A stretch of DNA of 64,000 nucleotides from Mobula hypostoma (lineage: Eukaryota): contig NC_086108.1 in assembly GCF_963921235.1 (NCBI RefSeq), positions 92,258,001 through 92,322,000 of the forward strand. Reading direction: 5' to 3'. Each line of letters opens with the position of its first letter. Position 1 is the stretch's first letter. Made by a program: the position numbers and the translations under genes. Below the pieces are notes generated by a model. That model did no database searches. It saw only the letters and a program-made list of their open reading frames with translations, and was not told the origin of the DNA. This document shows positions 36,271 to 48,783 of the stretch, piece by piece.

Positions 36271-37429
36271 AACATTTGAATAAAGCCAAACAAGTAGAAG
36301 TAGGAAGCTCAAAAATTATGAAAAATTATTCAAAAAATTCTTCAATTTGCCTCTTTCAAACCCAGTACCCATAACCCCCAGCACTATACTGTGGCTTCAG
36401 ATTAATGTTACCGTAGCAACCATGCCTAATCATAAGATGAAAGCTGAAAATGAAACTATAATAAATCCCCACAGGCAAAAACAGACACACAAAAAGAAAA
36501 CATGAAAGAAATGGATTGCAACATAGAAGTTCAACCAAATCTCTAACTGCCAGCAACAGAACCTCAGAATTCAGGTCTCAGGCTTTTGTAGTGTACACTG
36601 CTCTATCGGCTTTGTAATTTCCAAATACCATAATGCATTGCTTCTAATATTACAGAGCAGCGATTGAATTGATACTGTAATGTCACCATGTCACGGTAAA
36701 ATTGTAGCAACTGACAATACCTATTGTCCATCCCTAACTGCCCCCTGTGCAGAGCGACTTGAGGGGCCACTATTACTAGATTGCTGAGCCTGTGGTTACA
36801 TCCCACAAGCAAACAAATAAAAAGAAAAATCACATTGATCATACCTACATTATCAATTTAACCAACTTTTCATGCCCCAGTCAGAAATCAATCCAACTTT
36901 CTTTTAAAGGGGGAGGTCATCATTATCTGGTGACTATAGATCTCCGAGGATGAGGGAGGAAACTGGGCCTTACAGTTGCATTATTGATCACTGCAACTGG
37001 GCATATGTTTATGAAAATAAAGTGACTGCTCAGCAAATACAAGGTGTAGGCCATTCAGCTCTTCAAAGCTACTATGCTGTTCAATCTAATCATTGCTGGT
37101 CTCCCTCAGCATCTCCAGCTTCCTGCATTATCCCTATCCCTCTCAGTTATCCATTAATATCCAGTGATTGGTGGAATATTCTCGACAGAACATCTACATC
37201 CTGACAAGCTGAAAAATGAAGATATATAATTCCTTGAATGAAGAAACTTTTCCTTAACTCAGTCCCGCTCTCATATTGTGAAATTGTGTCTCCAAATTCT
37301 TTATCTTCCTGTCAGTGGAAACATCCTCCCAGCTTCTATTCAATTAAGCCCTTTAGAAATTTTACTTTTCAATATATTCATCGTTTATTGGGGCAAAGAG
37401 CCCAAACTGTGCTGTACTGTTCTGTTCTA

Positions 37430-37947
37430 CACTCAGTTGCCACTTTATTCTTGGCAGCAACTCAATACATAAAAGCATACAGACATGGTCAAGAGGTTCA
37501 GTTGTTGCTCAGACCAGACATCAGAATGGAGAAGCAATGTGATTGAAGTGACTTTGACTGTAGAATGATTGCTGGTGCCAGACAGGGTGGTTGAGTATCT
37601 CAGAAACTGCTGATATCTTAGGATTTTCACACACAACAGTCTCTAGAGTTGACATAGAATAGTGTGAAAAACAAAAAGAACATCCAGTGAGCAGCAGTTC
37701 TTGGGCAAAAGTGTCTTGTTAATGAGAGAAGTCAGAGAAAAATGGTGAGATTAGTTCAAGCTGACAAGGGTTTGACAGCAGCTCAAACAACCACACGTTA
37801 CAACAGTGGGGTGCAGAAGAGCATCTCTGATCACATAATATGTCGAACCTTAAAGTGGATGGACTACAGCAGCAGAAGATCATGAAAATGCACTCAGTAG
37901 CTACGTTATTAGGTATAAGAGCTACCTAATAGAGTGGCCATTGAGTG
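37430..37947 (+). mobile_element. Tc1-derived non-autonomous transposon
   Basis: TIRs cactcagttgccactttatt / aatagagtggccattgagtg; decayed N-terminal HTH coding region (MEKQCD.SDFD..MI.GAR..G.SISETA). Confidence 0.85.
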
Positions 37948-38105
37948 CATGTATGTAGACCTTGTCTACACAATTTCTTCTTGTAGAAACCCCTCCTTTT
38001 AGCAACTAGTCTAGTTAACTCTCAGCCCATTCCCTCTGAAGGCAAGTTGTAAACTAAAACTGCACTTAGTAAACAGAAGCCTATGTAGTTTTAGTATTTA
38101 TTTAT

Positions 38106-38417
38106 TGTCAGGCCTGCACATGCAGGCTGTACCCAGCTAACAAGAGTCACCTGCCACTAGTTCCCAACTCATCACCTGCAGCCTATTTAAACCCATCCCT
38201 CATTCACAATCCTTCTTCAGTCATAGAAACCAGCCAGTCTCAACTAGTGGCTCCACGCTTTCAGTTACCTTATACCTGTGAGTTTAGTATCTGTTCTCTC
38301 TTCTTCTGTGGCCCTCGTGGCTTGTTATTTTGCAGCCTATCATTAAAGTTATCGCTCATCATTGAATCGTCTCTGCCACCCTGCTTTTGAATCAAGCCTC
38401 CTCTACACTTCGTGACA
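38106..38417 (+). mobile_element. Solo LTR (312 bp)
   Basis: TGTCA...TGACA termini, TATTTAAA box ~38183, ATTAAA ~38342, flanks tttat/tttag (5-bp TSD with one mismatch). Confidence 0.75.
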
Positions 38418-39074
38418 TTTAGTTTCTTATTGCTGACATGTTAACATAATAATTTACGTAAAGGGATACTCTGTTTCTGTCAAAGACTAAATTACCTGAA
38501 TTGCTATTTTTCCTACATGCTTGAATAATTCACATTTCCCCATATTATATCTTTGCTGACATGTTCCTTCCCACTATTCATATCTCTTTGTAAATGCCAG
38601 CTAGAAATTGAGCTCATTCATGCATGGCTTTGTGTGCATGTCATGTGATTTGCCTCGTTCTATGTGTTTGCTGCAATTTCAAGAGCAAATACCAACCTTC
38701 AGAAAACTGGCCCTTGACAGACGTCTCACAAACTCAATGCATTCCCCAGACATGATCCTATCATGATCGTGCATGGAGTTTTTTTTAACTATTTAATGAC
38801 TGAAAATGAATCAAAAGTTCAAGCCCATAGTAGCCTCTCAGTAGATTAGGAAGCAGATAACATTGAAAGGAATGAACCATAGATTACACTTTCCGGGTAT
38901 TATTTACACATTAAAAATGTTGTAAATAATCAACACGTAAATAATTCTCTTGTGAGATATTTATCAGAAAAGTATTAGTTCAGGTGCTCACCAGAAAACC
39001 TCCATACTGAAAGAGGGATTAGCTTTATTCATCACATGTATGTTGAAACATTAAAATATTCCCACCGCTGACTG

Positions 39075-39273
39075 TCACGTTCTCCCCGTGACTGCGTGGG
39101 TTTCCTCCAGGTGCTCTGGTTTCCTCCCACAATCCAAAGATGTACCAGTCTGTAAGTTAATTGGTCATTGTAAATTATCCCATGATTAGGTTAGGATTAA
39201 ATTGGGGGATTTCTAGGCGGCATGGCTCAAAGGGCCGGAAGGGCCTACTCCGCATTGTACCTCAATGAATAAA
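39075..39273 (+). mobile_element. V-domain SINE
   Basis: gttctccccgtgactgcgtgggtttcctccaggtgctctggtttcctcccaca; CR1-like tail. Confidence 0.85.
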
Positions 39274-39361
39274 TAGAGTGAAATGCATTGCTTTGTATCA
39301 GTGGCCAACACCGTACGTGGTGACACATATCCAGCAGCAACATATCATGCCCACAACTCAC

Positions 39362-39530
39362 TAGCCGGTACATCTTTGGAATGTGGGAGGAAACTGGAGC
39401 ACCTGGAAGAAACCCACGCAGTCATGGTGAGGGTGTGCAAATTTCTTTCAGACAGCGGTGGGAATTGAACCCCTGATCAATGATCACCGCTGCTGTAAAG
39501 CGATTTCACTCACTATTACGCTACCATGCT
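39362..39530 (-). mobile_element. V-domain SINE (5' half)
   Basis: ctttggaatgtgggaggaaactggagcacctggaagaaacccacgcagtc..gggaattgaaccc (B-box rc). Confidence 0.8.
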
Positions 39531-41813
39531 TCAGTTAACAGGTGGGTGTAGCTCTCACAACTATTGATCTGTGACTCCAGTTCTACCTGTGGATGGTGGG
39601 TGATTGGAACCAACCCCAGCAATGTGGTACTTTCCATTGAGGAACACTTCCTTGGAGACCTATGCATTATCAGCCCCATTTTCACACTCCCAACCCAATG
39701 GGACACTACTGATAACTGAACTACAAGCAAACCTTTTGGCATCAGTGACCTCATCCTTTCATAGGATAATACGAATGGGCTCCATTAAAGCAATGATCCC
39801 ACAAGGCAACCAACGAGCAAGCATGCAATACTTACCTGTAAATCCTGCAGGATAGGTTTCAATAGCCATAAAGGGGAGGAAGTTCCTGTAATGGTCTTAA
39901 AGCAAGAATGTCCCAATTTTACATTTTCTTTGACACTTCTAATTTGGCATGAGTGCAGCGTCCAGTTTATGCACCAAAATCCATAAAGTTCAATTTCCTC
40001 ACAGCTTATTTTCTCATCTAGTTATGTATTAGCAGCAGAATGAGATTAGATTAGCTTTACTTGTCACATGTACATTGAAAGATTGGAACAGAGAGTTAAA
40101 TATGTCTTTTGCATCAATGACCGACACAGTTAGAACATGTGGTGGGGGAAACCCACAGTCAGTACTTATCACTTCTGACAAATTCCTCAAAATAAATACA
40201 CTTATTCACCTAGTGCTGGAAATTCATAAAATAAGAGCATGTGAAATAATTCTTCAACGAGGTACAGTATTAGATAGTTCCTTCCAGAAGCAAAACATTG
40301 CTTTTCTTTTTAAATTTTTTTATTGAGAGAAGCAAAACATTGCTGACTCCAGAAATCTGAAACAAAAGCAGAAAATGCTGAAATACGCAGCAAGTCCGTC
40401 AGCATCCGTAGTGATTTAAATTAATGCTTTTGAAGTCAATATGCGTTCTGATTTACTGGTCTGTGAGATTTTGAACATTGCCCTACTACAGCATCACAAA
40501 AGAATAACAAAATGCTGCCTGTTTCACATCCACTTGAATGGATGGCACTATTAATGTCTCATGGTTCAACTTAATAATCTAAAGCTCAGGATTTTTATTC
40601 TGAAACCTTTTTTTGAAGTTTTAGTAAATATTCAGTAATGTGAGCTTAAGATCTAAATGGGCAGAGCAACAGGAGAAAGAGTCTAGCTAGTGTAACTAAT
40701 GGTGTTGCAACTGTCAAAGTAAAACAGACAGGGTTATCAAAATATAGCAGCTTCTCTTATCAATGAGCATCCACTGTTTTTTGCAAATTCTTTCCTTGTT
40801 AATGATCTAAGCTTTTATTCAACTGTTTGAACAATTGTAGCACCAACCGTTACAATCAATCATATGGGCTACGTAGGAGGAAAGGGTCAGATTGATTGTG
40901 GAGCTAGTCAAAAGGTCGGCAGAACATCGTGGGCTAAAGTGCCCGTACTGTGCTGTACTGGTTCAGTGTTCTAAATTACATGAAAAATGCTATGCCGTAG
41001 TTGCCATCAGTACCAATTTTTCTTATTTTAACTGTGCCTCTACCACAGTTCACGACGGACACAAGTTCGATGCAAGTGCAGGGTTGCTGAGTGCATTCAC
41101 TCACTCCTGCAGACCGAAGAAAAGTATTTAAATTTAAACTCCCAATCTGACCAGAACACGCCACCAGATGGTCCAGCTTCAAACAGTAAGCAGACCAAGC
41201 AGTCAATTTCTCTGCCAAAATGCGTCACAGCGATAGCAGAATGTTATCAATATATTTGTGTGCATTTTGTTTAAAATGAATAACAAAATAGACACACAAA
41301 TGAGCCGGAACTTTCCATTGACCTTTTTTTATCTTCAGTTTACACAAAATCTGATACTCAAATGAATCAAATACAGCCACAGTGTTTCTGGACAAGCAAT
41401 TAGACATTTGGACACTTACCATAATTCAGGATTAAATGAGACTGATGCCATAAGACTGGAATATGATTGCAGACTCCTATGGTACAGATGGAGACCATTC
41501 AGCCCATTTTGGCCATTCATCTCCCACTCTCTATGCATCTAAATCAGACTTGGGTTGTTCATTTCCCCGATCTGTCAAAAAGTCCTGGACCTTAAACATT
41601 CACTCTGTTTCTCTTTTCACAGATGCTTCTGACCAGTGAAGTTATAGCCATGACCTTGATTCCTTAAGGTTGTTATAGCTGGGAATTAACCAATTTCCCC
41701 CGGAATCAATAAAGTATGATTATGTCTATGACTATGAATGGTAGAGTGGATAGGTTACCACTACCTATTAAATGCTCCCAATGGTGTGCATTCTCAAATA
41801 GCCTCTGACAACC

Positions 41814-41942
41814 AAGCACGAGGAAATCTGCAAATGCTGGAAATTCAAGCAACACACACAAAATGCTGCTGCAACACCTCAGGCCAAGCAGCATCTACTG
41901 GAAGAGGTACAGTCAACATTTCGGGCTGAGACCCTTCGTCAG
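41814..41942 (-). mobile_element. Penelope-type terminal fragment with hammerhead motif
   Basis: aagcacgaggaaatctgc..agtcaacatttcgggctgagacccttcgtcag. Confidence 0.85.
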
Positions 41943-41945
41943 TCC

Positions 41946-42334
41946 TGGAGCAAGCAGTTCATACAAGGAAACCCACCAACATCCCAGAGTTGAAGCAGTT
42001 TTGTAAGGAGGAATAGCCTAAAATTTCTCCCAAGCCGATATGCAGGATTGATCAACAGTTATCAGAAACATTTGGTTGAAGTTATTTTTGTACAAAGGGG
42101 TCAGACCAGTTACTGAAAGCAAAGGTTCGCATACTTTTTCCAACTAATACATGTAATATTGGATCATTTTTCTCAATAAATAAATGAACAGCATAATGGT
42201 TTGTGGTTATTTATTTAATTGGGTTCCCTTTATCTAGTTTTAGGACTTATGTGAAGATCTGATCACATTTTAAGTCATATTTATGCAGAAATAGAGAAAA
42301 TCCTACAGGGTTCACAAACCTTCTAACACCACAG
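41946..42334 (+). mobile_element. Tc1 transposon right end (C-terminal coding remnant plus IR/DR)
   Basis: AVHTRKPTNIPELKQFCKEE remnant; ggttcgcatacttttt inner repeat and ggttcacaaaccttctaacaccacag+TA end. Confidence 0.8.
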
Positions 42335-42339
42335 TATGT

Positions 42340-42656
42340 ATGATGGGGAAGTCTACGACCAGAGGACACAGCATCAGAATAGAGGGACGTCCTTTTAAAA
42401 TGGAGGCTGAGGAGGAATCCCTTTAGCCAGAGAGTGGTGGATATGTGGAACCCATTGCTACAGGCGGCTGTGGAGGCCAAGTCATTGGGTATATTTAAGG
42501 CAGAGGTTGATAGATTTTTGATTAGTCAAGTCATGAAGGGATATGGGGAGAAGGCACAAGATTGGGGCTGTGAGGGAAAATGGATCAGCCATAAGAAATG
42601 GTGGAGCAGATTTGATGGGCCAAATGGCCTAATTCTGCACGTTATGGTCTTATGGT
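42340..42656 (+). mobile_element. CR1 3' fragment
   Basis: WNPLLQAAVEAKSLGIFKAEVDRFL; tail gttatggtcttatgg. Confidence 0.9.
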
Positions 42657-43218
42657 ATGCCCCTGACAGTGAACCTGAACTTGAAATGCCCATCGATCCA
42701 CCGTGGCCATCCTGGCCATCTTGCCAGTCTGCACCATTGTTACTGAAGGAAACAGATTAGTAACAGAACAAATCTATCTCGAGTCAAGTCAATCTCAGGG
42801 TGGCTAGAGAGTAAAGAAAGAGAAGATTTTATGTGAGAGAAGCCAAAAACCAGTGTATAGATCATTCGCTACAATGTAATATATTCCCAGCAATGTAACA
42901 GGCCAGACTTTGGCCTTGCACTGTGTTAATGTCATTAATTAGATAGGTTTGTAAAAGGAAATAATAAAGTACAGTCCAAAACTTTGAGTTCTCTAAACAG
43001 ATGGGCATCTTGAGAATGTATCTTTCATCTCCAGTCACTATGCTATTTGTCAACTTGTTGACAAGCAAGTTTGAAATAAATATGCAGAACTCCAATGCTC
43101 AGCATTTTTTGTCATAGGAGATATTCAGAACAGGTTTCTTCTTTTTCTTCAATCACCACTTAAGTTGCCCATTTACAATGAAGTGTTTCATTGAGGGAGA
43201 AGGTAACAGTGTGCAGAC

Positions 43219-43927
43219 TAGGAATCCAAGACTAGTAACCTGGAGACCAGAGCCAGTAATCTGGGAGTCCTGGGTTATTGTAATCTGGGAGTTCAGAGCT
43301 AGTAATCTGGTATCCTGGGCTAATATTCTGGGAATCCAGGGGTAATAATCAGGAAGTCCAGGGGTAGTAATCAGAGAGGCCAGGGGTAGTAATCAGGGGG
43401 TTTGGGACAGTGATCAGAGAGTTCAGATCTGGTAATCTGGTAATCCTGGGTTTGCAATTGGGAATCCAGGGGTAATAATCTATGTGTCCAGGGGTAGTAA
43501 TCAGGGAGTCCAGTGGGCAGTAATCAGGGAGTACAGATCTGGTATCTGTTTTTTCTGGGCTAGTAATCTTGGAATCCAGGGGTAGTAACCAGGAAGTCCA
43601 GGGGTAGTAATCTGGTAGTCTTCGTCTTGTAATCTACAAGTCCAGCGGTAGTAATCTGGGAGTCCATAGCTAATAACCTGGTAGCCCTGGATTTGTAATC
43701 AGGGAGTACAGGGGTATTGATCTGGGAGTCCAGTGGTAGTAATTAGGGAGCCCAGAGTAGTAATCTGGAAGTCCAGGACTAGTGATACGGTAGTCCTGAG
43801 TTTGTAACCTGGGAGTCCAGGGATAGTAATTTGAGAGTTCAGGGCTAGTAATCTGGTGATTTTGAGCTAGTAACCTGGGAGCTTTGGGTTTGTAATCTGG
43901 GACTTCTGGGCTAGTAATCAGGGAGTG
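43219..43927. repeat. Degenerate 22-bp minisatellite (~32 units)
   Basis: Consensus approximately GGGAGTCCAGGGGTAGTAATC(T/A), repeated in register. Confidence 0.9.
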
Positions 43928-44645
43928 CTGCGTTAGCAATGCAATGAATCTGATCACCACTGGAGTTTTTGGATTTGAACTCAGTTTTAAAAGTAATCAA
44001 GAAATTAAAATAAACTCTGTCATATTGTCATAAAAAACTAATAGTTTTACTGAAATCCTTTATGAAAGGAAGTCTCCCACTTTTATTCCCCCTGAAATTT
44101 TGATTACAGTTCCACACCAGTGTAAGTGCTCCCTGAATTGGCCTGGACACTCAGTTATATGTAAAGGGCCAAAGCTTCTCAAGACTAGCACGGGACAGAC
44201 AACCAGTGACAGTCTTTGCAATGACAGCCCTTCTCCAAAACATTATTTTACACGACTTGAGAAGAAAAAAAGCTGTCAGAAGCTGGAACATGAGAATAAT
44301 ACAGAGGCCAGTGTTGAGTAGAAGGCAGTGCATGGCTAGATACTGCAAGGCAGTAATTACCCTGCAGATGTCAGATCTTGAGTAGCCTATTATTATTATC
44401 ATGCCTTTAGTTAACAGAAGAGAAATGTCATTTTAAAGCAGTTAAAGGAATTGTGATTAACCTTTATCCAGCATGTTCCTCCAACAATTTTTTTTACTGC
44501 ATTTTCAATGGAGATTCAAATTATTCAGGTTACGGTTAGGAATAAAATATATATAATATTCAGTTAATTTCCTAGTCAGTTATTTCAATAGAATACAATA
44601 CGGACACCATCTTCCATTGATTGTGCTGTCTCAGTAAAGTGCTAG

Positions 44646-44663
44646 CTGCTGCCCTCTTGTGGC
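44646..44663 (-). promoter_or_regulatory. Candidate CTCF site
   Basis: rc GCCACAAGAGGGCAGCAG versus consensus CCASYAGRKGGCRS. Confidence 0.4.
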
Positions 44664-44879
44664 TTCATACAATTAATTTTATTTTGCATTTTCAAACGAG
44701 TTATTTTATCTTTAGAAAGGAGATAGCAAACAGGGAACCACACTGACCAATTCATTTCAGGTCTCCAAGTCCTGAAACATGGGATAAGCAGGAAATAATA
44801 CTAAAGTCAACTGGATCCATTCCACTGACACTGTTCTTGTTCCATCAGCACCTGCTCCATGAAGTAATGTTTAAAGTAA

Positions 44880-45380
44880 ATGTAGATCCTTTAGAGAGAG
44901 TGCAGAGGAGATTTACAAGGGTGTTGCCTAGATTGGAGGGCGTACCTTATGAGAATAGGTTGAGTGAACTTGGCCTTTTCTCCTTGGAGCGACAGAAGGT
45001 GAGAGGTGACCTGATAGAGGTGCATAAGATGATGAGAGGCATTGATCATGTAGATAGCCAGAGGCTTTTTCCCGGGGCTGAAATGGCTAACAGGAGGGGG
45101 CATATTTTTAAGGTGCATGGAAATAGGTACTGAGGGGATGTCAGGGGTAAGCTTTTCACACAGAGAGTGGTGGGTGCGTGGAATGCACTGCTGGCGGTGG
45201 TGGAAGCGGCTATAATAGGGTCTTTTAAGAGCCTCTTAGACAGGTAGATGGAGCTTAGAAAAATAGAGGGTTATGCGCTAGGGAAATTCTAAGCAATTTC
45301 AAGAGTAGGTTACGTGGTCAGCACAACATTGTTGTAAGCTGCTGTAGATTTCTATGTTCCTATAATGTGCTGTAGTTCTG
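44880..45380 (+). mobile_element. CR1 3' fragment
   Basis: LERVQRRFTRVLPRLEGVPYENRLSELGLFSLERQKVRGDLIEVHKMMRG. Confidence 0.9.
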
Positions 45381-45384
45381 TGTT

Positions 45385-45945
45385 AAATTTATTATCAAAG
45401 TACATATATTTCACCATATACAACCCTGAGATTTGTTTTCTTACGGGCATAGAATAATAACCATAACAGAATCAATGAAAGACTGCACCAACTTGGGCGA
45501 TCAACTGGTGTGCAAAATACCACAAACTACGTAAATACAAGAAGAAAGAAATTGTAATAATAAATATCGAGAACATGAGATGAAGAGCCCTTGAATGTGA
45601 GTCCATAGGTTGTGGGAATATTTCAATAATGGGACATGTGAAGTTGAGTGAACCTGGAGGTGTGAGTCCAGATGTTTCTGCACCTTCTTCTTGATGGCAG
45701 CGGTGAGAAGAGAGCATGTTCTGGGTGTTGCCTGTTGCCTGTAAGACAGCCGACCATAGACTGTAAGGAGTTTGTATGTTCTCCCCATGAACATGCCCGT
45801 TTCTGCCGGCTGCTCTGGCTTCCTCCCATAGTTCAAAGATGTCGGTCATTATAAATTGTCCTGCGATTAGGCTCGGATTAAATTGAGGATTGCTGGGCAG
45901 CACGGCTCAAAGGACCCGAAGGGCCTTCTCCACATTGTATCTTAA
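45385..45945. mobile_element. Rex1/L2-type 3' tail (minus, ~45385-45760) abutting a V-SINE (plus, ~45760-45945)
   Basis: aaatttattatcaaagtacat..caaccctgagatt..aagagagcatgttctgggtg; then gtttgtatgttctccccatg..ttcctcccata. Confidence 0.75.
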
Positions 45946-45949
45946 TAAT

Positions 45950-46312
45950 CAAAGATCCCACCCACTACAGGCATTATCTCTTCTCCGCCCCTACCAATGA
46001 AGAGAAGATACAAAAAAACCTGAAAGCATGTACCATAAGCACGGAGACAGCTTATATCTCACTGTTATAGTACTATTGAAGGGACCTCTTGTACAATAAG
46101 ATGGACCCTTGACCTCATGAACTATTTTGTCATGACCTTGCACATTAATGCCTGCCTGCATTCTCTCTGTAGGTGTAACACTATAACCTGTTTTATGTTG
46201 TTGCTTTTTGCCAGCTCTACCTTGATGTACTAATGTAGTGAAATGATCTGTACAGATGGCACGCAGAACGAAGTTTTCCACTGCACTTCAGTACATGTGG
46301 CAATAATAAACC
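45950..46312 (+). mobile_element. Rex1/L2-type 3' fragment
   Basis: atcaaagatcccacccac..gacagcttatatctcactgttatagtactattgaa..caataataaacc. Confidence 0.7.
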
Positions 46313-46916
46313 CACTTTAATGCGATTGAACGTCACGGCTACGTGCAAACATATGTTAGGAGCAAAAGCAGGCACAGGTCATTCAGCTTCTCAAGCCTGC
46401 TCTGCCGTTCAGTACGATCATGGCCAATCTGATCATAAACTCAGCTCTGCCATTCTGTTCACAACTAATAATCTTACACTCCCTTGCTTATCAAGAATCT
46501 ACTGGCCTTCAGGTTCAAACCATGTACATCAAAACATACAGTAGAATGCACTGTTTGCATTAATAACCAACGTGACTTCAGGGTGCTCTGGGAGAGGCCC
46601 ATAAGGGTTGCCACACACTCCCGTGCCAAATAGCATGCCCACCATCTTCAGCAGAACAATACAGAGCACAAGAAAATAATATAGCAAAGCAATAAGAGTG
46701 AAACAAGCGCATTCCTCCCTGCCAACCACCCACCCTCCCACATGCATACATAGCGCTCTCACCCCAGGACACACCCATTTTTGGCCTCCAGCTTCCAAAG
46801 GGCTCATGTATTCACTGATACGAGGTTTTCGACTTTCCCAGCAGAGATTCGCAGACACTCAATAGTTGTCTTAAGAAATATTTAACGACTTGTCACTCAC
46901 CTCCCTTTGAGGAAGG

Positions 46917-46986
46917 GAATCCCTCACAACACACACATGTAAAAAAAACTAGAATCCCTCACAACACACACATGTAAAAAAAACTA
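46917..46986. repeat. Perfect 35-bp tandem duplication
   Basis: (gaatccctcacaacacacacatgtaaaaaaaacta)x2. Confidence 0.95.
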
Positions 46987-47081
46987 ACTAGACTCTGCCT
47001 AAAACTAGCTCTTCCTTTTCTTTAGACAGTGACCACTAGTACTAGATTTGTCCAAAAGAGGAAGCCATCCTCTCCGTTTTA

Positions 47082-47522
47082 AAAACAAGAGGTTCTGCAG
47101 GTGCGGGAAATCCACAGCAACACACACAAACTGCTGAAGGAACTCAGCAGTTCAGACAGCATCTATGGAAATGAATAAACAGTCAACGTTTTGGGCTGAG
47201 ACCCTTCTTCAGAAATGGAAAGGAAGGGGGAGATGCCAGAATAAAAAGGTGGGGGGGGGGGAAGGAAAGGAGGACCAGCTAGAAGATAACAGGTGAAGTC
47301 AGGTGGATGGAAAAGGTAAGGGGCTGGTGAAGATAGGAGAGGAGAGTAGACCATGGGAGAAAGGGAAGAGGGAGAGACACCAGGGGAGGTGATATGCAAG
47401 CGAGGAGGAGAGGAAGGAAGCCAGAATAGGGAATAGGAGAAGGAGGGGGGAATTAAATTTTACCAGGAGAAATTGATCTTCATGCCATTAGATTGGAGAC
47501 TACCTAGATGGAATATGAAGTG
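47082..47522 (-). mobile_element. Older Penelope-like 3' end
   Basis: ggaactcagcagttcagacagcatctatgg..agtcaacgttttgggctgagacccttcttcag..catgccattagattggagactacctagatggaatatgaagtg. Confidence 0.85.
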
Positions 47523-48553
47523 CAGTTGACCTCCATTTTGAACTCGTCAAGACTTGTCAGGGTTTTTTTTTTATTTCATTCAAGTCATCGCTTCCAAATT
47601 CCAGTAGATCCAAGCCTAACCTGTTCAATCTTAACTTATAAGACAAACTATCCATTACAGATATCAGTCTAGGATGCCTTGTCTGAACTGCTTCCAATGA
47701 ATTCATACCCTTGTTTTAATTTGGAGACCAATACTGTACAATACTGTACTTCAAATGTCGTCTCACTAATATTATATACAGTACTTTGACAGAGATGAAA
47801 AAGATTGCCACTGGCAAGTGGACAAGCACAAAAAAACTTGGCTTTTCTTGCTGAGCCACTTCTGATAGCGTTTGATCAGCCTTAATCTGAAGGAAAACTG
47901 AAGGAAAGTAATGATATTACATGAAAGGAAGAATTTTGAAACAATGCATTTATGGCACATTCAGTCTTTTGACATAACTTTGCTCAAGCAATCAGTACTA
48001 ATCCCTTTTTCCCCTCTCTCCTCAAATTCCTGTGTTGTGCTTTCCTCCATTCAGTTGCCCCTCAGGTGTAATGGTATCTGCCATAAACTTAGAACCACCA
48101 CCAAATGCTCCGGTTTTCTTTATCTCCTCTGTAATAAACAATCTCTCTTAGTTACAGTAAACATATGAATCCACATCAGACCTGAGAGAGCAGTCTTTCA
48201 CTCTTCACTTCATTAAAAGCTCTTCAAAATGTTAAAATTTCCTTTCTAGTCACCTTTCTTTGACCCTTCCTGTAACTATAATGAATCTGAATCTGAATCA
48301 GGTTTATTATCATCGGCACGTGAAGTGAAATTTGTTAGCTTAGTAGCAGCAGTTGAATGCAAGGCCTTTTATGGACACCATCCTGACAAATGAATATTGG
48401 GCAGTTCTTTACATGTTTACTCTTCAAAAATCATGTTATTTTTATTTCTTTTATCTCACTGCAAACTGCTAGAGAGTTTCTATCAACTTAAATTCATATG
48501 TTGAAGGAATTATGAACTTACAGAAAGCAAAAAAAGATTTGTATGCATATTGT

Positions 48554-48783
48554 AAACACAAGAGAATCTGCAGTTGCTGGAAATCTAGAGTAACACTGAC
48601 AAAATGCTGGAGGAACTTAGCAGGTCAGGCAGCATCTATTGAAAGGAATAAATAGTCGATGTTTCTGGCCAAGAACCTTCATAAGGACTGATGAGTCCTG
48701 ATGAATGGTCTCGGCCCAAAACAATGACTGTACATTCCTCTCCATAGATGCTACCCAACCTGCTGAGTTCTTCCACCATTTTG
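48554..48783. mobile_element. Fold-back (palindromic) element of two Penelope-type ends
   Basis: ~90-bp imperfect arms 48600-48689 and 48694-48783 around loop gatg; each arm carries a decayed hammerhead motif. Confidence 0.8.

Noticed and set aside
43219..43927. CRISPR-like array or repetitive protein ORF (43670-43960)
   Set aside because: Units are contiguous with no unique spacers, there are no cas genes and the context is eukaryotic; a 22-bp period is not a multiple of 3
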